Shown here piece after piece: positions 11,500 to 23,639 of a DNA stretch of 45,977 nt (position 1 is the stretch's first letter; every line of letters starts with the position of its first letter). Source of the DNA: Selaginella moellendorffii (lineage: Eukaryota > Plantae > Lycopodiophyta). Position numbers and translations under genes: made by a program. Below the pieces are notes generated by a model that had not been told where the DNA came from, searched no databases, and saw only the letters and a list, made by a program, of their open reading frames with translations. The stretch lies in assembly GCF_000143415.4 (NCBI RefSeq), contig NW_003314314.1, positions 1 through 45,977 on the forward strand. Reading direction: 5' to 3'.

Positions 11500-11711
11500 A
11501 GTGACTTAGGCAGCGCCCGGGCTCTTGAAACTCAGACACGCTGGAACCAGCTCACAGGCTGCATCCCAGAAGATGTTTACACACTCTCATCTCTCAATAT
11601 CTAGACTTGAGTCTGGAACAAGTCCCTGGAGCTGGTTTCTAATGCTTCCAGCTTGAGAGTGCTGATCAAACCAGCTACCAGATACCATCTGACCTCAGTA
11701 AACTTTCCAGA
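11500..11711 (+). pseudogene. Plant-specific leucine-rich-repeat (LRR-RLK/RLP ectodomain) gene fragment
   Basis: With small frameshifts it translates to SDLGSARALETQTRWNQLTGCIPEDVYTLSSL/QYLDLS/WNK...ELVSNASSLRVL...NQL...IPSDLSKLSR, matching the LxxLDLSxNxLxGxIP consensus. Confidence 0.75.
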
Positions 11712-12060
11712 AGAAAACAAAGAAACGAGATGGTAGCTATAGTAAGTACAGTCTTTGTGTGCTTTCTTTGTTGGTGAATGTTTAGATGCTTACCCTAGAT
11801 GTGCCATTCTTAACATGCAAACTTCCTGACATGACAAAACTTCAAGAGCATTGAATTCACAAGGTAAGTGCTCTCTATCATTCTCCTTAAAGCTTATGCT
11901 TTACGTCATGCAGGAAAATGCAAGTCAATTTTGGTCATGTTTGTTGTTGAGCTGCATCTTGTTACCAAGCACACATACTTCTGCCACCAATTTGCTTTTT
12001 GAAACTGTTGTATGACATTGAATTTAGCAGACACAAAACTTTTTATTTGTTCTTTTTTAG

Positions 12061-12302
12061 ATACAACGTCCTATGAGTCCATTCTGAGTTCATCGTCAAG
12101 CTCAGGTGGTTCAGAGGAAGGAGGAGAAGCTGTTTTTAGTGATGGAGAGCATGTGGAGTTCGAGGACAATATTAGGGATGATGCTGTTGCTTATATGGTG
12201 GAAGAATCATCATCAGATGGAGATCAAGATGCAGAGAAACTTATTTTTGGTCTCAAGGAGATATTTGATTTCAACCATATCCCACTAAAGAAGCAATCTT
12301 GA
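12061..12302 (+). pseudogene. Acidic terminal-exon-like fragment (SSSSSGGSEEGGEAVFSDGEHVEFED...)
   Basis: Preceded by a strong acceptor (ttttatttgttcttttttag, ending 12060). GTAAGT donors lie upstream at 11742 and 11864, but the intervening exon-like piece has stops in all frames. Confidence 0.35.
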
Positions 12303-12911
12303 ATTCTGAATAAAGAAGAATAGTATTTCTATGTATTATAAACAATGCTTTATGAGGGATGCAAGTTGTCTAGCTTCTCAACTTCAACAACTTCAAATAA
12401 TACACTGTTATGACCCAGCACTAAATAACAAAGATAAAGATGTTTAACCTTGCATAAACTATGTTATGCCTTCTCTTGAGGTTCCCTACATATAGTTGAG
12501 TTATCAAATAGTGATTAAAAGTCTCTTCCTTTAATCAGAATAGTCTTTTTTGTCATCTTTACTTTGTAAATTTTGCAACTTTTTAGTATTCAACTTAATG
12601 CTAATAAAAGATTAACTATTCTTTTTTCTTTATTACTTATTCTTCAATTGTGAATAATCAGTTTTATAATATCCAAGTTCACCACAATGATGACATAAAT
12701 TGGTGATGATCATAAATTTGGAATCTAACTTGCCACAACACTTGATACAATCCTTTCTACTAAGCAAAGAGCCCTTTAGGTAAATTATATACTATAAAAT
12801 TGGGAAAATAAACAAATACCAATCATCCACTTTTGTAGTGCACTTGGTTTTTACCTGCTATCGTATGGTGATTTACCATAGGATAACATTATGAAGCAGA
12901 ACCTAAACCCT

Positions 12912-12953
12912 CCATGTGCCATGTGTCATATGCCATGTGTCACATGCCACGTG
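12912..12953. repeat. Six 7-bp units, each containing CANNTG
   Basis: ccatgtg ccatgtg tcatatg ccatgtg tcacatg ccacgtg. Confidence 0.85.
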
Positions 12954-14149
12954 TTGAAAGGACAGTGGTGTGAAACCCGAGGTTCAAGGCCTTGGGCCAC
13001 TAAACGAAGGAACAAATCCCAAACTCCCAAGCATGGAGCTGAGTGACGGAAAGCAACTCCCAAGCATATAGCCCAAGGAGTGAAGGGACAGGAGCCTAAA
13101 GTGACTTGGAACAATCCTAGAGCAACCAACATCCTAATGACAGGATCAGCATGTAAAACGGAGCCAAACGGAGTCTAGTGCTATTTTGGCATACCGGTGG
13201 CCTAATATAAAGACATGGGTACTTTACCAGCTAGCATGGTGTGGAACTTGGGCTTAGACCTAAGCCAAATGCAAAACAAAGACAAGCATGTAAATAGGAG
13301 TTAAACTATGCCTCAGGTTGATCGGCCATGCACGACCTACCCACTATCCCTACTATACATTTAGAACCCCCCATAGCCTCCCTCACCCCCCTTTGAGGAA
13401 CACACGCTTTGGGCTTTCACCCCAAGCTTCCCTTAGTACCAGAAGTTAGTCTCTAGAACAAGCTTGAAACTTATTAAATATGGAATGTTCTTAGATTGCA
13501 AATTTGGACACGAGACGAACATCATTGTGTTCATGAGAATCTCTACATTCCGTAAATATGCCAAATAAGTAAATTTAGACACTTTTTATAAATAACATTT
13601 GGGACCAAAATGAGACTAACACAAAAGGTATGATAGCAAGGGTGTTTGGCAGACACGATAAGCTATCATCTAACAATATTGAGGGACCAAGCTCAATATT
13701 GCGTGGGTTCTTAATACTAGCAAGTATAAGCCAATGACACAAGTTTCTTAAACTAGGTCGAGTATGCTCAGCAAGAAACACATAGGGGTTCCTACTTTAT
13801 ATTTATCCAATATAAGTGCATGGTTATTGATCAATTTCTCAACTAGCCCAAGTGAGAATTGATAACAGGTCCAACAATACTGACCTCCTGCTATTGTGGC
13901 AGTAAGGAAATTGTGTCCATAAGGACTAGCCGACAAGTAACTTTCGATACCCAAAGTCACATTTGTGACAACTTTATACTCCACATAACATTACTATTAT
14001 CTCATTTATATGTGGCAGAAGTGTTTAACAAACTTTGCTCCAAGTAGTGCAAGAATGGTCATCAAATATTAATCCCAGGTTCTAATATTATCAACTTATA
14101 GCAATCGTAAAAGTAAACTCAACTCTATTAGCAATGTTAGATCATGCTA

Positions 14150-14581
14150 TTTCCATATTGAATTAGCAACACTTTTATTTCCATATTGAATTTACCAATC
14201 CTTTCATTGTGTAAACTAGCTATTCAATGTAAGGCAACTAGTCATCCACTCATACCGCAGTCCCACAGTGGATACCTTCGTTCGTGGATACTCTACTAAA
14301 AGGAAGGATGTACGCATGGATGCCTAATACGTATGATTTCAAATTTAGGAGTAGGAATATATGTTGCTTAAGGGTATATTATATTTTTAAGTAACCACTA
14401 ATTAATAGGATTTGAACCCGTGCCATTTGCTCCGATACCACACTATCTTTCTCCCCTTAAACCAACTGGAAAAGGATGAGAGAACCCTTAGTGGCTATTT
14501 TATCCTTATTTATTCCTGAAAGTTCCAAAAATCCACAATAACAATATATCCAAATTTCATCCCATGATCACATGCATTACA
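14150..14581 (-). mobile_element. Truncated copy of TRIM-2 (5' LTR, PBS and part of internal region)
   Basis: On the minus strand the LTR begins TGTAATGCATG at 14581, the PBS TGGTATCGGAGC is at ~14439-14428, and CTAGC flanks it at 14582-14586. The 3' LTR has been removed by a deletion relative to copy 2. Confidence 0.7.
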
Positions 14582-14586
14582 CTAGC

Positions 14587-15365
14587 AAAATTCTTCCACT
14601 TTAATAATGAAAAGACTGCAACATAATCACCTTTTAACAATGTCTAAAAACTATGCAAATACGCATAAATCTTTTTGAAAGTTTTGTTTTCATGGAGTAG
14701 TTCACTTCCATTAGTTGCAACATATGGCTAATATACACAATAGAATTATATTAACCAAACACAATCATGCTCTTTTGCAACAACACACCTTTGAGATAAT
14801 GTCAAAAGCATTTACAAAAGGTTGAATGTAGTTAAAATACTCAAAAACTAGAAAAATTGTCAACACATCTTTAAGATCTACGAATGTCTATTCACAATCC
14901 CAAATTAGATGAAAAATAATATGAACAACTTCATTAATGCTTGCAATGATAAAAAAGACAATAACATGAAAAAGATATTACACCTTGCCAAGAAAGTGCT
15001 GCATGTTGTTCACGCACTTTGGAGTAGAGAACTTTATAACATCCACAAGTTTTTCAGAATCAATTTGTAAATTTTCATGAAAAATATAATATTCAAGATA
15101 TATGCATTTTAACCGTATCAATGTCAAATTAACTTCCTATAGCTGATCCCAATGTCTTACAAACATCACAAGTGTGTTCCTCCTATGTCCCCTTAAAGTG
15201 GATCAAGACATTATCAATGAAATTAATAGTCACCTTTAACATATTGTAAAGAATATCATCCAAAAAGTCTCCAAAGAATTATTCAATCTATACAGCATCA
15301 TAAAAAATTCATATAAATTAAATGGGTTATAGAAAGTAATATTTAGAACATCCTCCTTATGTAAG
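14587..15365 (-). mobile_element. Decayed Ty3/gypsy reverse transcriptase and RNase H (element A)
   Basis: Minus strand: HKEDVLNITFYNPFNLYEFFMMLYRLNNSLETF; INFIDNVLIHFKGT*EEH (YxDD-equivalent at 15201-15221); EVNLTLIRLKC; DSEKLVDVIKFSTPKCVNNMQHFLGKV*Y; SIVYISHMLQLMEVNYS. Confidence 0.85.
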
Positions 15366-16244
15366 CAACTAAATCACTTAACCACACATTTGACCACTTG
15401 GAGGAGTTTCACTCACCATTTTTATAAATTTTAATCCCATCTTAAGGACTTGCTAGCCTTATGAATGACTTGTATGCCACTCAACTTTTGCACTTGGTCC
15501 AAATGCTCTAAATGTCTAATCCCATGATAAACACCTAAAGATACCAATAACATATCATCCTATTATACTAAGGTTATATCCATTCACCTTTATTTAATTG
15601 GTAGATTAGAACCACCTATACCACAATGTTGTCTCCCAAAGATTGGGCCATCTGTCCATGAATAGTCATTTTATGACCACATTTTAACATCCTTAGAATG
15701 CCTAGAAACATAGAAAACACCCTTCTTTAATATCCCTTTTTCAATCTCTATCTAATCCCTTTCCATCCATAGTTGTGCTTGCCAACATTACCACTGGGTT
15801 AGCCCACTATAGCCCAATGCAAACCTTGTGGGTACTCTCTCCACCTTCTGCCTCTAGGTGCCCTAGCCATGTGGCTAGAGCAAGGTTTCGATGAGCCATA
15901 CCAAATATCCAAGTAGGATTTCCCTTAAACTACTTAAATGGTCTAGAGTTTAGGGTTTAAGGATTTGTGTCTCATAGAAGTGTAGGTGTTACTATAAAAC
16001 CTTTCTATCTTTGCTCTTCTTGCATCCTCAAACAATAGCTATCTAGAGTGGAGCCAAGAGGGTGCCATGTGGTAGTGGTTGAAGTGGAAGCTAGACAAGC
16101 GTAACACATTTGGACTAAAAGCTTTAACTCAAAAAGTTGAGAGTAAGAGTGGAACTCCCATTGAAAGCATAAAGCAATCAATAAGAAAGCCTCTAGAAAA
16201 GGGAAACAAAAGGATCAATATATGACACGTGGAAGTGTCAAAAT

Positions 16245-16578
16245 TGAGTCCGAAATGGACTTGAGATGGAATCCGAGGAGTCCAAGATAGAGTCCGAATT
16301 GAAGTTTGAGATGGATGCAAGATGGAGTCCGAGAAAGAGTCCGAGATGGACCCGAGATGGACCCGAGATGGACCCAAAATGGAGCCTGAGATAGAGTTTG
16401 AGATGGACCCAAGATCGAGTCTAAATGGAGTTTAAGGAGTCTGAGATGGAGCCCAAAATGGAGCTTGAAACAGGGACCGGGACTGGGACCAAGATAGAGG
16501 CCAAGACCCAGACCGAGTCCAAGACCGAGTCCAAGACTGAGTCCAAGACCTAGTCCAAGTTTGAATTTGAATCTGAAG
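16245..16578. repeat. 11-12 bp minisatellite, copy 2
   Basis: Paralog of 959-1295 with unit gains and losses. Confidence 0.9.
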
Positions 16579-16750
16579 TGAAATCCCAAAGCAATTATTT
16601 CCCAAGTGAGCTTTAAAAGGTGTAAGCAACTAAGCAACCAAAGGGAACGACTTGAGAGATGATCCGTTGGGGTTCAAATATAAAGGGAAAGGGCCCATGA
16701 ACAAGAGTGCACCCCCTTTTTCAATTGGTTAAGGGTCTTGGGATACTTGG

Positions 16751-16804
16751 AGTTAAACGTCCTTGGGTTTGAATAGTACTGGGTTGGGTGACCTCCCGAG
16801 AAGT
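16751..16804 (+). promoter_or_regulatory. 5S rRNA-derived Pol III internal control region (A box, IE, C box) in the Cassandra 5' LTR
   Basis: agttaaacgtccttgggtttgaatagtactgggttgggtgacctcccgagaagt compared with plant 5S AGTTAAGCGTGCTTGGGCGAGAGTAGTACTAGGATGGGTGACCTCCTGGGAAGT. Confidence 0.85.
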
Positions 16805-16879
16805 TTAAATTCAGGAGCTTACATTTGGTATCAGAGAGGTCTTGGGTCCGACTCTGTTGGTTGGCTAGGGGAATCACAC

Positions 16880-17114
16880 CATATGTTGATTGACATCTGG
16901 CTGGTCCAATTTACTCCCGCTGGGCTCGACCCGAGGGGTAGAGTGTCAAGAGAGCGGGGCTCTCGGGAGAGTTGCGACTCTCAGCTTCCGTTCACGCCAC
17001 ATGTTGATTGACATCTGGCTGGTCCAATTTGCTCCCACTGGGCTCGACCCGAGGGGTAGGGTGTCAAGAGAGCGAGGCTCTCGGGAGAGCTGCGACTCTC
17101 AGCTTCCGTTCACG
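16880..17114 (+). repeat. 118-bp tandem duplication in the Cassandra internal region
   Basis: atgttgattgacatctggctggtccaattt... starts at 16883 and again at 17001. Confidence 0.95.
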
Positions 17115-19879
17115 AGGGCGTGAACTTGTAGGGAAGCATGGTGGATTGTAAGAAACCAAAGGGAACGACTTGAGAGACGATCCGTTGGGGTTCAAATATA
17201 GAGGGAAAGGGCCCATGAACAAGAATGCACCCTCTTTTTCAATCGGTTAAGGGTCTTGGGATAGTTGGAGTTAAGCGTCCTTGGTGACCTCCTGGGAAGT
17301 CCAAATTCAGGAGCTTACAAAAGGATAGTAAGGGGAGGACTTCAGTGGAACTAGTTTGGTTAGTAAAACCAATGTGGCTAAGGAAGGTTATACCTATATG
17401 GTGGGTGATGATATAACCATTAAGGAGTCCAAGACTAAAGTGAATATAGATAGACAAGTGGGGTAACTTAGTGAAGTATTCAAAAGCTAACTCTAACTCC
17501 CCTAGGAGATTAAATAGTCAATGCTCCCAATCTAAGTGTGGGTGGCACTATCTACTTGGATATCTGGCATTGCTCATCAAAACCTTGCTTTAGCCACATG
17601 GCTAGGGCACCCAAAGGCAAAAGGTGGAAAGAGTATCTATTAGGGCATCTTTTAACCCCAATTATGGATCCATCCCTCACATATAAACTCACAAAGCTGC
17701 ATCTTCAAACTCAACAACAAGAGAAAATGAGGAGGACCCTTGATATTTCACCCTCACATGGTTTTTATACAATCATTTAGAATATTTTAAAAATCAAAAT
17801 ATCCTCTCCCTCTCTCTCAAGACACCCATATCTACAACTGGGGAGTAGGAGTAAGAGTAGTAGTGGGAGCAGGAGCAATAGTAGGAGTAGGAATAAAAAT
17901 AGGGGTAAAGGTAAGAGTAGGAGCGGGGCAAGAGTAGGGTTAGGAGCAAGAGTAAGAGTTGCTTCTCTAGCTGCAACATGTGATGCGAGGAGAAAGTGGC
18001 AATGAGCTAGTGCTGCAACAAACAACTATTGGTGGGTGCACAAGACTTTGGTGCGCAAGAACCCATAGCTAAGATGCTCCCATATGCTAGAATGTAGTGT
18101 CTAGAGTGGGTAATTGCTGAAACAAAGAGAAATGGGAAAGAAAACAAGAGATGGAAATAAAAAATAAAATAAAGATGAAAGTAGAAGATGGGAAAGGAGT
18201 TTAAAGTGCAAAGATACAAGAAAAACCCAATGGGAAACTATGTAGTTGAATTAGATACTCAAGAAAGTAGAAAAAAAGGGAAAAATGAGAAGAAAAGAAT
18301 AAAAAAACCAAATGGAAAGAAGCTCAAACACTCTAGAAAGTGAATATGCAAATGCAACCTCAAGCTCATGTAGTTTGTGCTCAAAACTTTGGCTGAGAAT
18401 GAAGAAGAAAGCATAGGGACTGTATTGCCTAATGGTGGTAACTATGAAATAGAAGATGAACTATAATGGAAGAAAGTGATGATAGGGGATTTTGGTAGAT
18501 GGATGATATGATTGAGTGTGTCCAAGGATGGGCTCTAATCTGATGTAGTGAAATATGAAGTCATAACTACTGCTCACACCAAAAACTGCTGGACTACTGC
18601 TGGACTACTGCTCAAAAGGTGGCAAACTGCTTCACCTATGATTTGAGCTAGAAGAAAAGGGTGTTGCTTTTGTTAGCCACACCTTTGAAAGCAGTTGGAT
18701 GCCCTTTGCAATCAGGCTATTCTACTAGAAGAAGAAATCAGTTTTAAAAATAAGAAAGTTGCAGTATGTGACTAGTTCATTGAATATTTCACATGTTGTG
18801 CATGAGAATATCTTGATTTGTGTTTTTGCTTGTCTGGAAGAGCCTTTATGATGAAGTGTTGTCCACAAATGTCTAGTATGAATGGATGATGAATGGTGGA
18901 AAATGTGAAAGATATTATTAGGTATGTGTAGTGTGTGGTAGAGAATTCTAGGTGATGAAAATGTGAGGATGGAACTGATGTAGGGAAAAAAACTAAAGAA
19001 ATGAAGCACAAATCAACAAGAGTCGAGAAATTTTCATACAATCAATAATGCAGCTAGAACGTGTTCATTAAAAGAGACTTTCTCCACATAATTCCTTGAC
19101 CTGAAAAAAGATGTAAAAAGAGTGAGAGCAGAAAGAAAAACAAAAAAAAACAAAAAAAGTAAAAAAAAAAGTGCAAGTGGCTTCTGTGATGGGTGATGAT
19201 GATGGAAGCATCAAGAGGATGCAAGGAATCCTATAGAAGGCCTAAAATGCCGCTGAAACTAACTTAGTCACCCTCAAGTGTTAGATTGCATCGAAAATGC
19301 CTAAGGTGGTGAATAATGTCACTGTAAGAGAATTTAAGATGCTGGAACTGCTTGGAAGGATGGGAGCTTCTTGAAGATGGTAGAAAGTGTCCCCAAGGAC
19401 CTATGGAAGTCATCATGTGTCGCTGATGAAGATTTGGTGGTTGAGTGAAGTGTCGATAGTGTCGGAGAATGCTTCGAGTGTTGTAGCAGAATGAAGTTGG
19501 GATCCAGCCATGAACCTAAGTTTGGGAAGAGTTGAGATGAGGTGCCAAGTTGGGAGAAACTCCAAGGAAAAGTCGAGATGCTGCTAGAAAATGCCTGCCA
19601 CCTTTATGTCATGGTCATATCCCAAGTGAGTAGCAAGGCTGGACTGCAAGTTTGGGGTGAGAAGTGCCACCAAGAGTGTAGTCACTAAGCTGGAAAGTCA
19701 AAAGTGTACTCAAAAGTGTTGATGTAGTCCAGTCCATGTTGAAGAATTCAATCATATTGTAGTCAACAATTTAGATCTCCAACAGCGTGTCATCCTCGAT
19801 AAGTTTCAGGAAAAAAACCATGAGAGCCTAGTCAACTTCAATAATGGAAGAAGCATCCACTTGAAACAAGCTATATGGA

Positions 19880-21680
19880 AGTAGAGAATGACCATGGGTA
19901 TTGAGAAGAGCTGCTACCATAGATGCTGTTAGTAATTGTTGATTCTCCCTTGGCCCAAGTTGTCATGTAAGTCCTTCCTAAGATAATGTGGTCCTTTAGC
20001 TTCCCAAATCCTAACTGTTAGAAGTCCACAACAAGGAAATTTAGCATAGAAACCACTCTTTGCACCAAGATCTTGACATTCCAATAGATGCTTGTAGGAA
20101 TAATTCAGTGATTGGCAAACATTTTGAGGATGATAGTTGTGTTTCTCACCACTTCCAAGCCACTAGAAAGTGCCAAGTTGAGGGAGATGATGTTGCTCTA
20201 GGATCTAAAATCAAGTAATGCTTGTGCTGTCAAAGATCTATCACTGATGTGGACCTCCACAAAGAATGCTTTGAGATCATAAGTGGTCTGAGTGTTGATG
20301 ATGTGGATGTTATACTGATGTTCCATGGGGATGCCTGTGGACTTGGCAAAGCCTCTAGCTAAGGAGTAAAACCAGGTACATATTGCAAAAGCTCACCAAG
20401 TGTGATCTAGACTAAAGTGTCAACAATCTAAGCAAGAACTTCTTATGAGACTTGAGAAAGAGTGGAGGGCAGCTGGGAGACCCCACATTGAAAGTTGGAT
20501 GAATATCAAATTGTTGGATTTGAAGTTGTGGCCAAAGATGTGGGTGGCATTGCAAATACCGAAGCATGGGGTAATTTGCATGTCATGAGAGATGGGGAAG
20601 TTCTAGAAACTAGAGCTGGATCTTGCTCACCATCAATATTTGGGGCTAAAGGAGAAACCTTCTTGCGCCCTTGAGTTATAGCAGCCATCTTATAATCGTC
20701 CTCTACAACATAAACTATGTTGACATGCATCAGTGTCTTTCCACAGCTCGACGAAAGGGTGTCTTCGATCGCTTTTTACTCCAATTGTTGCTGGTATCTA
20801 TCTCTAGCTATGAAAGAAATATGTTGTCTAGTAGAAGTTACTGTTAAACATGCTGGACAAAAGGTAGTTGAAGTTCTAAGTGAAGCTTCCAACATCTCTT
20901 TATGTTGTGTATCATAACATCGCAATGCGAGTAGTACCAAGAATGAAGAGGGCATCTTAGTCTCCCTGCCTACTGTAAGCAGCATGCTTTAAGCTCCTCA
21001 AGTAGCTTCTCTTGCATTTATCATTGCTGCTAGATAATCTCCTTGTATCTTGCATGCTTTGACAATGCCCTCTCGATCATTGAGGGAACTCTATCATCAC
21101 TGTGCGGGGCTGGAGAAGAATGGATCATCGTAGCATATGAGCTCTTATATGAAGGTGGGAGGAAAACCTCCTCTACCCTAGGAATCTTGAGATCTTGGAA
21201 AAGATCCCACTCCAAAGTCTCTACTACAGCAAATGCCTTATAACACATCCAAAACTCTCGCTTAAGCATTTTACATTTGAGATTTCCCTTGAGGCCAAAG
21301 ATGAATGTAGTGATGCCATGAGGTTCATTTGTGATGAGGACACACTCCTTCTAGTAAAACCTAAACCACATCACATATTCCGGCACAGATTCATGTGCTC
21401 CTTGCCAAAAAACAAACAAATCCATGAGTAAGCAATTTGTTGGTCACTATTGATCAAAGTGACCTTAGAAAGATGCTTTGAATGTGGAGTTGTCAACCAT
21501 ATCTACCTCCAAGAGTGTCTCTACCCACATTTTTGCTCGGCTAGTGAGCGATCACAAGAAGTCACAAAGCTTGTGATCATCCTCGATGATGCCATTCGAC
21601 ATGTAATATTGCTCGAAATGAGTGACATGTGTATTGGCAAAGATGTCGCCATTGCCAGATAAGTATGTCAAGTCGGTGCC
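19880..21680 (-). mobile_element. Decayed gag plus aspartic protease (element B), copy 2
   Basis: Collinear paralog of 3800-5600. Confidence 0.7.
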
Positions 21681-23639
21681 TTGCTGTAGAATGTGGATTT
21701 ATGTAGGAAGAGCCATGGATGGTGGACTCCCTGACTCGATATCTGTAATGAATGATGAATCCTCCTCATCAAAAACAGTAGTTTGATAATCGAGCTCTCG
21801 TAGAAGGTGTGAAAAATGTCCCCATACCCTAGGCACTGTATGGAAGTTTGCTAGTTGCCATCTTTAATTGGAACGAGTGTGAACTAGCATAAAATGTCCA
21901 CTATGTAGTAGATGCCAAGTTGTGGAAAATACAACACACTAAGAACTTTGACTTGTGTGAGAGCAAAGTATCTAAATGGGATAACTCCAAATAAAAGAGT
22001 ATCCTCATGTAGATTTTTCCCAAATAAAATCACTCTCACTCTTGCAAATGCCAATTTCTCACGACAAAAGAAAAAAATATTGCAAAGAAAAGGGGGAAAA
22101 ACGAAAAAATTAAACTCCAATACTCAAAATGCCTAAGAGGAAAATATTTGCATGGAAATCTCTTGACTTTACACACAAAAATGGGTGTGGATGGACTTGT
22201 TTAAAAGTTTATACTCAAACCAAGAGAATGAAACCAAAACCATGAGTTAAAATGCCTAAAATCTCAAAAAAAAATTGATTCAAACATTAAATTCTAGACA
22301 ATAAAAAGGAAAACAAAAGAAAATGCACTCCCTAGTACAAGAAACACTCATTTTTAACATTGGTAAAAGGTAATAACATGGCCGTAATGATTTCCATGAG
22401 AATGACACTTCAAATTCCCTCAAGATTAAACTAGAAACTTGCAAATTTGAGCTATGAAGCGCCGTGAGAGAAAAAGTACTCCATATCATAGCTTAAAGCG
22501 AATTGGCTACCAAGAAAGGACTCTCCAAAAAGCTTGTCTTTATATTTACATGTCCAGAAAAAAAAATTCTTGAATCAGTCCCAAAATTGCAACCTTAGAG
22601 TGTTGAAAAATTTACCATGAAAAACAGAGGAGCGTGATGGACAAAATTTCATTAAATTAGCAATTGAATCCTCCACAAAACAAGGTGCTCTTTAGCTTGT
22701 TGGAAAGAGGATGCCAAGTCGCATCGACCCAAAGAAAAAAAAACTAGAATCAATATACTAATCGTGAGAAATCACTAGAAAACCAAGTGGAAAGAGGTAA
22801 TGTAGAAAATTAATGTAAGAACGAGAAAAATCTTTAAACTTACACTCTAAATTCCTAGAAGTTGAAACCCCTAATGGTCCTAGGGTCTCTAAAAATATGA
22901 ATCTAACTCAAGATTTCTCTCAATTTCCTAAAACAAACTCTCCATTCTTTCAAGAAAACTAAACTAGCTTATTCATGTTGAGTTCACCAAGTTTTAGGTC
23001 ATCTTTCAGCCCTAACCACGGATCCATCCCTCACATACAAATTCACAAAACCGTAATTCCAAACTTAATTGCCAGAGGAAATAGGGAGGACCTTTAATAT
23101 AGCCTTTGTGGAGTTTTACTATTTGGAATATTTTGATAATCAAAATTTCCTTTCCCTATCTCTCAAAACACCCATAGTTGCAACTAAAGAGTAGGAGTGA
23201 GAGTAAGAGTGGGAGCAACAATAGTAGTAAGACCGGGAGTAGGAGTAAAAACGGAAGTAAAAATAGGAGCAAGGGTAGAAGTGGGAGTAAGAGTGGTCTC
23301 TCTAGCTATAACATGTGATGTAAAGATAAGCAACAATAAATTTGTGTTGCAACACTCGAAACAAAAAATGCACCGAAGTCTTGGGATTTAGAAGGTTTTG
23401 TGATTAAGTTTTGTTATACCTAAGTGGGGACCTTGGCAAGGGAACTTAACTAATGCCAAAGCAAAGGTGGTCGAATAAAAAAGGTAAGTTGGCAAATTAA
23501 AAAAAAAATATTTATGGCTTATATCAAACTCCAAACCCTTTATGCAACAAAATGAAGATTTGGTACACACTTAATATCTTTTACGAACACTAACTCCCCA
23601 TATCCAACTTTTGCATGTAAAATAGTATCAGATGGTGTT

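Larger units (their letters stand above)
1..15424 (+). repeat. Tandem segmental duplication unit, copy 1 (boundary set arbitrarily at window start)
   Basis: The sequence at position 1 (taaatttaatcccatcttaaggacttgctagcc) recurs at ~15425 and ~37105, with collinear content and repeated ORFs (e.g. 9885..10601 = 29550..30266). Confidence 0.97.
16621..17319 (+). mobile_element. Cassandra-type TRIM (non-autonomous LTR retrotransposon with 5S rRNA-derived sequence in its LTRs)
   Basis: LTRs at 16621-16823 and 17147-17319 (TGTAAG...CTTACA). PBS TGGTATCAGAG (initiator tRNA-Met) at 16826-16836, with a purine-rich tract before the 3' LTR. The 5-bp TSD AAAGG is at 16616-16620 and 17320-17324. Empty sites at ~1334-1338 and ~38432-38436. 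Confidence 0.95.

Noticed and set aside
14405-14439. tRNA gene or tRNA-derived SINE (GGTTCAAATCC on the minus strand)
   Set aside because: No cloverleaf can be formed; it is the PBS-adjacent sequence of TRIM-2.
15918-15994. Recombinase-driven invertible switch
   Set aside because: There are no inverted recombination sites at the ends, no recombinase nearby, and the three inversions share no breakpoint motif.
16751-16804. 5S rRNA gene
   Set aside because: Only the internal ~55 nt match; the 5' and 3' parts are missing and it lies inside an LTR.
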